Below the pieces are notes generated by a model. The model did no database searches and was not told where the DNA came from. It was given only the letters and a program-made list of their open reading frames with translations. DNA of 64,000 bases, taken from NCBI GenBank assembly GCA_012517875.1, contig JAAYUB010000017.1:84943-148942 (forward strand). Direction: 5' to 3'. Within the stretch, counting starts at the first letter, position 1; every line of letters begins with the position of its first letter. Positions 56,001-64,000 of the stretch are shown here, one piece after another. A program made the translations under genes and the position numbers. Origin of the DNA: Acidobacteriota bacterium. Its GTDB lineage: Bacteria > Acidobacteriota > JAAYUB01.

Positions 56001-56364
56001 CATCGTCGTAAACAATGCCATCGTACTGGTGGATTACGCGAACCAGCTCCGCGCCGAGGGTTTGTCAAAGCGGGAAGCGCTGGTGGCTGCGGGGCAGGTC
56101 CGCCTCCGGCCCATTTTGATGACGACGCTGACCACGATGCTGGGGCTGCTCCCCATGTCACTCGGCCTCGGTGAGGGCGCCGAGATCCGGGCCCCCATGG
56201 CCATCACCGTCATGAGCGGCCTGATGTTTTCGACGCTGCTCACCCTGATCGTGATCCCGGTGGTCTACGAGGCCGTGGATCGGCGGGTCACCGCCGCCGA
56301 CCAGGCGACCGCCGCGGCGAAGCCCGAACCGCTGACCGGGCTCCGGCCATCCGCCTGCGAGTGA
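53005..56364 (+). CDS. RND efflux permease (HAE1/AcrB-MdtB-like), with ~100-aa cytoplasmic insertion after TM6
   Basis: 1119 aa. ATG 53005 (RBS CAGGAGG). The N-terminus MNYIRGAISRPVTVSMFVVAVILFGIVSL is AcrB-like. 12 predicted TM segments. Confidence 0.92.
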   Translation: MNYIRGAISRPVTVSMFVVAVILFGIVSLDRLALNLLPDISYPSLTIDTAYTDAAPEEIESLITQPVEEAVGVVSGLTRISSVSRPGQSEVVLEFNWDTDMDLAVLDVREKLDFVELPRDAEKSVILRFDPSRDPVMRVRLQGLSDLRMLRFFAEKELKKNLEAMDGVAAIKVVGGLEEEVQINIDEKKLAELDIPITQVTDILQRENLNMASGSLYDQESSYMVRTLNEFKSLEEMRRIIIRDEGGRQVRLEDIAQVVRGAKDREVIARLNGRESVEVAIYKEGDANTVTVSRAVTRRLASLQEAKIIPADVSYAIVADQADFIEQAIGEVRSNAWMGGLLATIILFLFLKDVRSTLMIGLSIPISIMATFALMYQTDLTLNIMSLGGIALGIGMLVDNSIVVLEAIDRHKRSGLELAEAVYRGTTEVSMAVTASTLTTVAVFLPLVFVEGIAGQLFTDQALTITYSLLASLVVALTVLPMLMAVRFRRAEELYGADPTTETVTATAERLLSKRRWLRPFQQLERWIVRGIRALFRFIFGAIFQVVLADIRRIIGWIGRLLGRAIRPVLGSFDRVFLSLQRAYPNWLRLALDHKVVVIGLTLVVTLAAAGLYTTLGTELIPPLTQGEFTFEIQLPEGTSIEHTDRLMQDVEGRIKQYPEVATVFSSIGGSNENQFARQVRKENTAAVYLVMKDRLDKAAEARCIDRVRGELDTLPEVSYKFSRPAHFTFKRPIEVEVVTYDLEQLKTLSQRTEGILARINGLDDIKTTAEMGNPEIHVIFDRERLARLGLDENQVARVIRNKIRGDVATRFKEQDKQIDIMVRANESDRTTVAQVKELVINSAAAADAPAPAGLGVPVKLGAVAEVVMARGPNEIHHIKSSRAAVLSANLSGRDLGSVSAEINRELRRLAPELPANATVALSGQNEELQTAYRSLLFALGLAAFLVYLVMAAQFESLVHPFIIMFTVPLGAVGAVLGLAFTATPVSVMVFIGIIILVGIVVNNAIVLVDYANQLRAEGLSKREALVAAGQVRLRPILMTTLTTMLGLLPMSLGLGEGAEIRAPMAITVMSGLMFSTLLTLIVIPVVYEAVDRRVTAADQATAAAKPEPLTGLRPSACE

Positions 56365-56373
56365 GGTGCAGCC

Positions 56374-59300
56374 ATGAACCTGTCCGACTTCTCCATCAAG
56401 TCGCCTGTGACGGTCTGCATGTTCATGCTCTGCTTCCTCGTGCTCGGCGGCATCTCCGTCATCAAGATACCCATGATCCTGCTCCCCGAGATCGATTTCC
56501 CCCAGGTGGAGGTCTTCGTCCCCTATCCCAACGCGTCACCGGAACAGGTGGAGCGGAGCATCACCAAGCCCCTTGAGGAAGCCCTGGCCACGGTGGCGCA
56601 CCTCAAGACGATGAACGCCACCTCCCAGTCCGATGGCAGCTACATCAACCTTGAGTTCGACTGGGGCCTGGACATCGACGTGATTCGTGCCGAGATCCGC
56701 GAGAAAGTGGAGCAGGCCCGCGTCGACCTGCCCGACGATGTGGACGACATCTTCGTCCGCAACTTCCGCTCCAGCGACATTCCCATCATCGAGGGGCGCA
56801 TCTCGTCGGGGCGCGATCTGCGCGGCAGCTACGACTTTCTCAAACACAAGATCAAGAAACCCCTGGAGCGGATCCAGGGCGTCGCCGATGTCGAGATCGG
56901 CGGAGTGTCCAAGCGGGAGATTTCGATCTATCTCCGCATGGCCGACATCAAGAAGTACCGCGTCGACGTGGGCCGGCTGTTCCGCCGGCTGGACAGCGCC
57001 AACCTCAATGTCTCCCTGGGCCGGGTGCGCGACGGGGTCCACCGCTTCGGCGTGCTGGCCCAGAACGCCCTGGCTGACCTCGAGACCATCCGCAACTTCC
57101 CGGTCGATGACCGCGGCCTGCTGCTCCGCGATGTCGCCGACATCGATTATTCCGAGCCCCTGCTCGACTACGGCCGCCACCTCAACGGCGACTACGCCAT
57201 CGCCGTCACGATTCTCAAGGCGTCCGACGCCAACATCGTCGAGACCGTCCGGGCGATCCGCGCGAAGATCGACGAGATCAACCAGGATCCCGCCCTTGAG
57301 GGGATCCAGCTCCTGATCTGGCACGACTCTGCCGAAGAGATCACCAAGGCGCTCAACGGCCTGTTGGAGTCGGGCTTCTACGGCTCGCTCCTCGCTGTCG
57401 GCATCCTGTTCCTGTTCCTGCGCCGGATCGGCGCCACCCTGGTGGTGGGCTTCGCCATCCCGTTCTCCATCATCTCCGCCGTGGGCATCCTCTACCTGTC
57501 GGGTGGGACGCTCAACGTGCTGTCCATGATGGGGCTGATGCTTTCCGCCGGCATGCTGGTGGACAACGCCGTCGTGGCCCTGGAATCGATCTTCCGCCAC
57601 ATCGAGAAAAGCAAGACCCGGCTGGAGGCGGCCCGGATGGGCACCCGGGAAGTGGTCATGGCGGTCGTGGCCTCGACGCTGACCTCGATCATCATCTTCG
57701 TCCCCCTCATTTTCGGCCGGAAGAGCGAGTTCTCCACCTGTTTGTCGGAGGTGGGCATCTCCATCATCATCGCCCTGTGCTGTTAGCTGTTCGTCTCGCT
57801 GGCTTTCATCCCGCTCGCCATGGCCCGCTTCATCAGGATCCGTCCGCCCAAGGTTGAATCCACCCGGACCGCGCTGGCATGGGGTTACGGCCGCGCCCTC
57901 GACTGGACCATGCGCCACCGCGTCCTCACGACCCTGAGCATTCTGGCGATCATCGTGCTGGCGACCGTTCCCTTCCAGATGCTGCCGGACAACACGCCCG
58001 AAGCCAAGGAGATGCGTGACCTGCGGATCCAGTACGAGTTCACCGAAAACTACCACTATGCCGTCATCGAGCAGACCTACGTCAATCCGGTCGAGGCCTA
58101 CCTGTTTCACAACAAGGCACGCTGGAAGATCAAGGACGTGTACAGCTTCTACAACAACGGCAGCGCCTCCACCCAGGTTTACTTCGACCAGGCCCGCCTG
58201 GTGGCCGGCGAAGCCTCCAAGATCCGCGATCAGATCGGTGAGAAACTGCCGGTCATCCCGGGCGCCCGGATCAGCCTGGGGCGGATGCGCGGCGTGGACA
58301 CCGCCAACTGGGTGGGCGTGAATCTCTACGGCGACGACACCCAGACGCTCAACGAGCTGGTTCTGGAGGCCAAACGCCGGTTCCGCGCCAATCCGACAGT
58401 CAAGGAAGTGCACACCGCCCAAGAGCGCGGTCTGGAGGAAGTGCAGATCCGGCTTGACCGCGAGCGCGCGGGCAAGTATGGGATCAGCGCCCAGGCCGTC
58501 GGTCAGGTGCTGGGCATCGTGCTCCGCGGGCGCGAGATCCGGGGCTTCCACTCCAGCGATGGCGAGGTGGAGATCTGGGTCAAGCTGCAGGAGGAGGACC
58601 GCGAGAACATCGAGGACCTCAAGAGCGTGATCGTGGGCGGCGGTGCCGACGGCGGAGACATTCTCCTGTCGCACGTGGCCGATTTCGAGATCGTCAAGAC
58701 CGCCCAGTCCATCGAGCGGGAGGACCGCCGCACCCGCGCCTACATCGGGGTGGTCTGCGGCCTGGAAAACCGCGACGAGAGCCGCCGGCTGGTCACCGAC
58801 ATCATGAACAGCATGCCGCTGCCCATGGGTTACACCTGGAGCTTCGACCGCTGGGTGGCGGAGCAGGATGAGGGCAACCAGGAATTCATCTTCAACATGC
58901 TGCTGGCCCTGTTCATGGTCTACTTCGTCATGGCCTCGTTGTTCGAGAGCCTGGCCCATCCGTTCGCCATCATGTTCTCGCTGCCGTTCGCGTTCGTCGG
59001 CGTGGCGGTCTTCCTGTGGATCACCCACACCCCCTTCAACTTCATGGCCCAGATCGGCCTGCTCATTCTCATCGGCGTTGTGGTGAACAACGGCATCGTC
59101 CTCATCGACCACGTGAACAACTATCGGCGCGCCGGCTTGCCCCGCGCCCAGGCGATCCGGGAGGGATGCCTGGAGCGGCTCCGCCCCATCCTGATGACCG
59201 CCGGCACCACCGTGGTGGGCCTGCTGCCGCTGGCATTCGGCACCACCAGCATCTTCAACGACCGGTACTTTCCCATGGCCCGGACGGTGATGGGCGGGCT

Positions 59301-59460
59301 CATCGCGTCCACCATCCTGACCCTGCTTGTGCTGCCCACCGTCTACTCGCTCATCGACGACTTCGCCCTGAGCGCGCGCCGCATGTGGATTCGGACCCGT
59401 CCCACCGCCGCAGCGCCGGCTGTGCCGCCGGCCGCGCCAGCCTCCGAACGGGCGGTCTGA
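56374..59460 (+). pseudogene. second RND efflux permease (MdtC-like) interrupted by a single in-frame TAG at 57784-57786 within TM6
   Basis: ORFs 56374-57786 and 57820-59460 are in the same frame. Reading through gives 1028 aa, a typical AcrB length: …ISIIIALCC*LFVSLAFIPLAMARFIRIRPP…. Confidence 0.65.
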
Positions 59461-59488
59461 TTTTTCGACTCTGGCATGACCGATTGAT

Positions 59489-59518
59489 CCCGCGCGCCGC
59501 AAGGCGCGCGGCTCTTTT
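59489..59518 (+). terminator. intrinsic terminator after the RND operon
   Basis: cccgcgcgcc-gcaa-ggcgcgcgg hairpin followed by CTCTTTTCC. It lies 29 nt after the RND stop. Confidence 0.65.
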
Positions 59519-59520
59519 CC

Positions 59521-59654
59521 TCGGCATCAAAATTTTTGCAACCTGGACAATTCAGACTGCGTATTAGTATTAAGAAATTAGTTGACAATCCAAACCAGCC
59601 GACAGAGAATAGAAATCGAAATATTAAAGAATTAGTTATAAGGACACAAATCCC
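59521..59654 (+). promoter_or_regulatory. AT-rich promoter/operator island upstream of blaI-blaR1
   Basis: ~35-40% GC against ~66% for the genome. Perfect TTGACA at 59582-59587, then a 17-nt spacer, then GAGAAT. Direct repeats AAGAAATTAGTTGACA and AAGAATTAGTTATAAG flank it. Confidence 0.4.
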
Positions 59655-60044
59655 ATGGCCCGCAAGAAATCTCCAACCCTCACCGACGCCGAACTGAAGA
59701 TCATGGAAGTGCTCTGGGAGCGCCGCGCGGCGACCGTGGGCGACGTGGTGGCCGCCCTGAGCGCCGAGCGGGGCTGGGCGTACAACACCGTCCTGACCTT
59801 CCTGCGGATCTTGGAGGAAAAGGGGTACGTCCAACACACCAAACAGGGGCGCGCGCACCTGTATCATCCGGCCACCGAGCGGACCGACGCGCGCCGCCAC
59901 GCCCTGCACCACATGGTCAGCCGGTTTTTCGATGGCTCACCGGAGCTGCTGGTACAGAACCTGCTGGAGCACGAATCGCTGACCAGCGACGAGCTGACCC
60001 GGATCCGCGAGCTGATCGACCAGACTGAGGGGGAGGAATCCTGA
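59655..60044 (+). CDS. BlaI/MecI/CopY family transcriptional repressor
   Basis: 129 aa. MARKKSPTLTDAELKIMEVLWERRAATVGDVVAAL…YNTVLTFLRILEEKGYV. TGA stop overlaps the blaR1 ATG (TGATG). Confidence 0.9.
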   Translation: MARKKSPTLTDAELKIMEVLWERRAATVGDVVAALSAERGWAYNTVLTFLRILEEKGYVQHTKQGRAHLYHPATERTDARRHALHHMVSRFFDGSPELLVQNLLEHESLTSDELTRIRELIDQTEGEES

Positions 60045-61951
60045 TGGATCCCGTCTTCGTCATGGATTCGCTGGCTCGCCCTGCGGCCGCCGGCTTGATC
60101 AACGGCCTGATCGCCGGCTTGCTCCTGACCCTGGGGGTGGCCGTGATTCTTCGGTTCGGGCGACGACTGAACGCCGGCACCCGCTATGGGGTGTGGTGGG
60201 TGGCGCTGGCGGCGATCGTGGGATTGACTCTCGGCTTCATGGCCCTTTCCTCGAAGCCCCCCGCCTTCCGGAACCCACCCGCACCGGCACGGGGTGAACC
60301 CACGGTGGACCTCCCGGACACGATGTCCGCCACCGCCCTGATGCCCGGTCAGCTCCCGGCTCCGACACGACCGCCGCGGGCTCGGCCGCCTGTCGCTGAA
60401 ACGGCACCGGATTCCGGGCGCTGGGCGCCGCTGGTGGTCCCCGGTGGCAGTTGGTCTCTGACCCTGATGCTGGTTTGGGTCGTCGGCGCCGCCGGGGGCA
60501 TGTTGCGCCTCGGATTTCATTGGCTGCGGCTGCAGCGCTTTCGCCGCCGGGCCCGACTCATTGAGCCGGAGCCTCGGCTGGCGGACGAGCTGGCACTGCG
60601 CCGGGGCGCGTTTCAACGGAATTTTCGCCTGGCGGTGGCGCCCGGGATCACCATCCCCACCGTCGCCGGCTTCCTGCGTCCCCTCATCCTCTTCCCCGAA
60701 GCCATGGTCAACCGCCTCACACCCGAAGAGTTCCGCCAGGTGGTGCTGCACGAGGCCGCCCACCTGCGTCGATGGGACGACTGGGCCAACCTGCTGCAGC
60801 AGGTGGTCACGGCCCTCTTTTTCTGCCAACCGGCGGTGCGCTGGATCGGTCGTCGTCTCTCCGAAGAGCGCGAGATCGCCTGTGACGACTGGGTGGTCTC
60901 CGCCACCGGCCGCCGCCGTTCGTATATCTTGTGCCTGTCCCGGGTTCTGGAACTGGCCGCCGGTGTCGGCGCCGCCATGCCCTCGCCCGGCGCGGTGCAC
61001 ACCCGCCAAATCCTCAGGAGGAGAATTGAAATGTTACTCGATAAACAGCGCAATCATAATCCCCGCCCCAGCCGATGGCTGCTCTTGGGCGCCATCGTGC
61101 TGCTGGGGCTGACGGCCTTGTTGTTCGCCCGTGAGTTGAGTTTCCTGCAGATCACGGAACCGGACATCCTCCCCCCTCCTACAGCAGCATGCACCGACAT
61201 CGGAGCGCCTCCACCTGATGCCCAGCCCGCCGAGGCAACGCCAACCGACCAGCCGCAATCGGCGCCGGCCGCCAAGGATGAGGCTCGCCTGAAAGCAGAG
61301 CAGGCTGCCGCCGAGAAGAAGTGCCAGGAGCTCGAGGCGCACCGGGAGCAGCTTGAAAAGAAGCTGCAATTTCTGGAGCAGAAGATCGATGCGGTCGGCC
61401 AACAGATCAACGGGGCGCTCCAGGCCAAGATGGAGCATCTGCAAGCCCGGTTGGAAACGGAGCTGCGCGAAGCGGGCAATTCCACGGAAGCCCGACGGGC
61501 CGTCGCGGAGCGCGTCCGCCAGTCCCGCGAGGAGCTGCGCGCCGCCGCCCGAACGGTGAAAGCCGATTTCACGGCCAAGCTGCAGCCCCTGATCGAGGAG
61601 ATCCGGAAAACGGCCCAGGAGCTGGCCCGGCTCGAAGTGGAAGCTTACCGCCGACATACGGACCACTGGACCCGCGACATGGACGACCTGGTTGGAGATA
61701 TGGATGAGTTGCTGAGCGGCCTCGATGATCTCGATATCGATATCGATCTGGACCTCGGCCGGGACACCGAACCGCCCGAACCGCCGGCGCCGCCCAAACC
61801 GCCGGCACCCCCGAAAAAGGCGGCCGCAACTGCTCCACCGGCGCCGCCCGACGCTCCGGCACCGCCGGCGCCGCCTGCCAAGCCGGACAAAGCTCCGGCG
61901 CCGCCCCCGCCGCCGGAATCGCCCAGCCGGCAGGTCGCCGCAAGCGTGTGA
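60044..61951 (+). CDS. BlaR1-like M56 family membrane metalloprotease (signal transducer/anti-repressor) with C-terminal coiled coil and TonB-like Pro-rich tail
   Basis: 635 aa. TM segments. HEXXH zinc motif VLHEAAHLRRWDD and downstream EIACDD. A long coiled coil, then PPEPPAPPKPPAPPKK…. No penicillin-binding sensor domain. Confidence 0.85.
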   Translation: MDPVFVMDSLARPAAAGLINGLIAGLLLTLGVAVILRFGRRLNAGTRYGVWWVALAAIVGLTLGFMALSSKPPAFRNPPAPARGEPTVDLPDTMSATALMPGQLPAPTRPPRARPPVAETAPDSGRWAPLVVPGGSWSLTLMLVWVVGAAGGMLRLGFHWLRLQRFRRRARLIEPEPRLADELALRRGAFQRNFRLAVAPGITIPTVAGFLRPLILFPEAMVNRLTPEEFRQVVLHEAAHLRRWDDWANLLQQVVTALFFCQPAVRWIGRRLSEEREIACDDWVVSATGRRRSYILCLSRVLELAAGVGAAMPSPGAVHTRQILRRRIEMLLDKQRNHNPRPSRWLLLGAIVLLGLTALLFARELSFLQITEPDILPPPTAACTDIGAPPPDAQPAEATPTDQPQSAPAAKDEARLKAEQAAAEKKCQELEAHREQLEKKLQFLEQKIDAVGQQINGALQAKMEHLQARLETELREAGNSTEARRAVAERVRQSREELRAAARTVKADFTAKLQPLIEEIRKTAQELARLEVEAYRRHTDHWTRDMDDLVGDMDELLSGLDDLDIDIDLDLGRDTEPPEPPAPPKPPAPPKKAAATAPPAPPDAPAPPAPPAKPDKAPAPPPPPESPSRQVAASV

Positions 61952-62042
61952 GTCGGTCCGACCCGCGGGCATGACACCCTGGTCGGCTGCCGGACCCACC
62001 CGTTGGCCCCGACGAGTCAGCCTGATGTCCGACACTCATTGA

Positions 62043-62068
62043 CCCGGGGCCACCGGCCCCGGGTTTTT
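62043..62068. terminator. intrinsic terminator between blaR1 (+) and the PilZ gene (-)
   Basis: cccggggcc-acc-ggccccggg followed by TTTTT (62064-62068). Confidence 0.6.
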
Positions 62069-62418
62069 CAATTCATGACCCAGTGTTTGTCCCGGTCCAC
62101 GAACTGGATCCCGCACTGGACGCCGTGCTGCCAGATGACGGCCACCCAGGCATTCAGGGTTTGCCTGCCGAAATTGAGCGAGGCGCGGAACGGTCTGCCC
62201 AGTTCGAGCCAGTTGGGAAACAAAGCGGGTCCGCCCAGATCCAGTCGGCAGCCGCTCCGGGAAACATCGGCGGTGACGGAGTCTAGAAAGAACACCTCTC
62301 CCCGGTCCCCGGTGACCTCCATCATGACCGGCACACGCACGGCCACCCGCAGTTCCTCCCGCGGCCAATACGTTTCGTCGCGCACGATCCACCTCCCCTT
62401 CGTATGGTGTCTACCCAT
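62068..62418 (-). CDS. PilZ domain protein (c-di-GMP receptor)
   Basis: 116 aa. ATG at 62418. RxxxR (KGRWIVR) and D-x-S-x-x-G (DVSRSG) motifs. Confidence 0.7.
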   Translation of the reverse strand: MGRHHTKGRWIVRDETYWPREELRVAVRVPVMMEVTGDRGEVFFLDSVTADVSRSGCRLDLGGPALFPNWLELGRPFRASLNFGRQTLNAWVAVIWQHGVQCGIQFVDRDKHWVMN

Positions 62419-62501
62419 ACAAACGGATGAGGCGGCCGCGCGTTCGACCCGGACGTGTTTCTTTCGCTGACAATGCCGATTGGGCCGGCTCCGGCGGCGC
62501 G

Positions 62502-62987
62502 TTAGGATTCCCGGACGGTCACCCGGATGATGCGGTCTCCCTGCCGGATGGCGTCCACCACCGTCTGGCCGGCGGTGACCTTGCCGAAAACCGTGTGGCG
62601 GCCGTCCAGGTGCGGCTGGGGCGAATGGGTGATGAAAAACTGGCTGCCGTTTGTGTTGGGCCCGGCGTTGGCCATCGAGATCACGCCCTTGTCATGCCGG
62701 AGCGGATTGTCCTTGAACTCGTCTTCAAAGCGGTAGCCGGGACCGCCGCGTCCTGTCCCCGTTGGATCGCCGCCCTGGACCATGAAGTCGGCGATCACGC
62801 GATGGAACGTGATGCCGTCGTAGAAGCCCTCCCGGGCTAAAAACACGAAGTTGTTCACCGTCTTGGGCGCATGCCGGGCGTGGAGCTCCAGTTCGACGAT
62901 TCCTTTGTCCGTCTCGAGCGACACCCGGTAGCTTTTCGCGGGATCGATCTGCATCGGGGGAGGCGTTGCCCATTGTTTGAGCGCCAT
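62502..62987 (-). CDS. cyclophilin-type peptidyl-prolyl cis-trans isomerase
   Basis: 161 aa from ATG 62987 (AAGGAGG, 7-nt spacer). [15 protein letters not shown] and [19 protein letters not shown] stop. Confidence 0.9.
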   Translation of the reverse strand: MALKQWATPPPMQIDPAKSYRVSLETDKGIVELELHARHAPKTVNNFVFLAREGFYDGITFHRVIADFMVQGGDPTGTGRGGPGYRFEDEFKDNPLRHDKGVISMANAGPNTNGSQFFITHSPQPHLDGRHTVFGKVTAGQTVVDAIRQGDRIIRVTVRES

Positions 62988-63067
62988 CGTCTGTCCTCCT
63001 TGGCGCAATTTGCGCTGACGCTCGAATCATACCATCGAACGGTCGCGGCCCGGCGGAAATGTCACCC

Positions 63068-64000
63068 TCAGGCGACAGGCGGAACGTCGTCCGACGGCCT
63101 GGTCGACAGCTCAACCACGGGCCAGGCGACCAGGCGGTCCGGGTGCGTCAGGAACGCCTCGCGGAAATCGTCCGCGGGAAGCGCCCGGCTGAACAGGAAA
63201 CCCTGCACTTCGTCGCAGCGGTAATCCCGCAGCAGGTCCACCTGGCGGATGGTTTCCACCCCCTCGGCCACCACTTTCACACCCAAGGTGTGCGCCAGCA
63301 CGATCACCAGCCGCAGGATTCGCGCCCGCTCCGGGTCCCACTCGACGTTTTCGACAAATGAGCGGTGCAGCTTCAGAGACTGCACCGGCAGACGGGAGAG
63401 CGAGCCGAGGGACGAATAGCCGGTGCCGAAATCGTCCATCGACAGATGGATACCCTGGGCCTGCAGCGCTTCGAGCAATTTGACGCTGGCTTCCAGGTCG
63501 CACATGGCCACCGTCTCGGTGATCTCCAGTTCCAGCTGGTCCGGCGGCAGCCCGGTCTCCTGCAGCAGCGCCGCGAGCTGTTCCGGCAAGCCCGGCTTAT
63601 GGAAATGGCAGGCACAGATGTTGACGGCCAGGCGGAGGGCGGGATACCCGGCCGTTCGCCACGCCACGGCCTGGGTGCAGGCCGCCCGCAACACCCACTG
63701 GCTGATGGGCAGGATCAACCGAGTCTCCTCGGCCAGCGGAATGAAATCCCCCGGGCCGATCAGGCCCCGCTCCGGGTGGCGCCACCGCACGAGCACCTCG
63801 GCGCTCCCGATGCGTCCCGAGGCCAGGTTGACGCGGGGCTGAAAGTGAATCTCGAATTCCCCCCGCTCCACCGCCCGCCGCAGGTCGCGCTCCAGGTTCA
63901 GATCGCTGACGTAGCGGCCGTTGTGCTCGGAACTGAAAAAAAAGAACTGGTTGCGACCGCCGTCCTTGGCCTTGTACAGAGCGATGTCGGCATGCTTCAT
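63068..64000 (-). CDS. GGDEF-EAL domain protein, C-terminal part (5' end beyond window end)
   Basis: The tail of a GGDEF domain (…ADIALYKAKDGGRNQ) is followed by a complete EAL domain (…QPRVNL…ELEITE…DDFGTGYSSL…). The frame is open to nt 64000. TGA stop at 63068. Confidence 0.88.
   Translation of the reverse strand: MKHADIALYKAKDGGRNQFFFFSSEHNGRYVSDLNLERDLRRAVERGEFEIHFQPRVNLASGRIGSAEVLVRWRHPERGLIGPGDFIPLAEETRLILPISQWVLRAACTQAVAWRTAGYPALRLAVNICACHFHKPGLPEQLAALLQETGLPPDQLELEITETVAMCDLEASVKLLEALQAQGIHLSMDDFGTGYSSLGSLSRLPVQSLKLHRSFVENVEWDPERARILRLVIVLAHTLGVKVVAEGVETIRQVDLLRDYRCDEVQGFLFSRALPADDFREAFLTHPDRLVAWPVVELSTRPSDDVPPVA

Noticed and set aside
1-64000. Hypothesis that TAG is reassigned (sense codon) in this organism, prompted by two conserved genes split by in-frame TAG.
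   Set aside because: TAG terminates at least 11 genes exactly at conserved C-termini (for example the NtrC-like HTH tail, DPP-IV, arfB, HAL, MFP). Read-through would add unconserved extensions. Stop usage (TGA > TAG > TAA) is normal for a high-GC bacterium.
1-64000. Mobile elements, prophage remnants, CRISPR arrays, tRNA/rRNA genes.
   Set aside because: I recognised no transposase, integrase or recombinase motifs, no regularly spaced direct repeats and no tRNA-like structures. The only marked compositional anomalies are short AT-rich promoter islands (30134-30325, 59521-59654).

Overview
This is a high-GC (roughly two-thirds G+C by eye) bacterial chromosomal segment, densely coding on both strands. 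I call about 48 protein genes and recognised no rRNA, tRNA, CRISPR array, transposase or integrase. Several features show it is bacterial rather than archaeal: a sigma54 NtrC-type activator, an FtsB septum protein, a lytic transglycosylase with LysM, a BlaR1/BlaI pair, RND efflux pumps and an OmpA-like domain. Housekeeping genes include ptb-buk, dnaK, moaA with ModBC-like ABC components, a CobB-type sirtuin, gatD-gatE, hcp, arfB, cutA and a cyclophilin. Envelope and secreted genes include an FtsB-ADP-ribosylglycohydrolase operon, PpiC-MltD(LysM), an OmpA-domain PKD/Ig repeat protein, a 1178-aa lysyl-endopeptidase-like S1 protease, a prepilin peptidase, a DPP-IV, an M24 peptidase, a TatT-DctP-DctQM (TPAT) TRAP transporter, two orphan SBP_bac_5 proteins and an MFP plus two RND pumps. 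Signalling genes are unusually numerous: four histidine kinases (one hybrid), an NtrC-family regulator with a degenerate kinase-like partner, a Hanks kinase fused to a TonB-C domain, two BlaI-like repressors plus a BlaR1-like M56 protease, a PilZ protein and a GGDEF-EAL protein. The most notable observations are these. (1) An archaeal-type gatD-gatE operon sits in an otherwise bacterial context. (2) Two conserved genes (TatT and an RND pump) are each split by a single in-frame TAG, although TAG terminates 11 other genes normally. (3) A Ni-superoxide dismutase carries a Sec-type leader and has no adjacent sodX. (4) A near-consensus sigma70 promoter followed ~50 nt later by an intrinsic terminator suggests a candidate ~77-nt C-rich sRNA or leader between sodN and pilD. 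(5) An FNR/HcpR-like palindrome lies upstream of hcp. (6) An AT-rich promoter/operator island lies upstream of blaI-blaR1. (7) An ammonia-lyase carries Ala-Cys-Gly where the MIO-forming Ala-Ser-Gly is expected. All coordinates come from ORF-track arithmetic cross-checked against the printed sequence. Product calls come from recognisable motifs only, with no database search.
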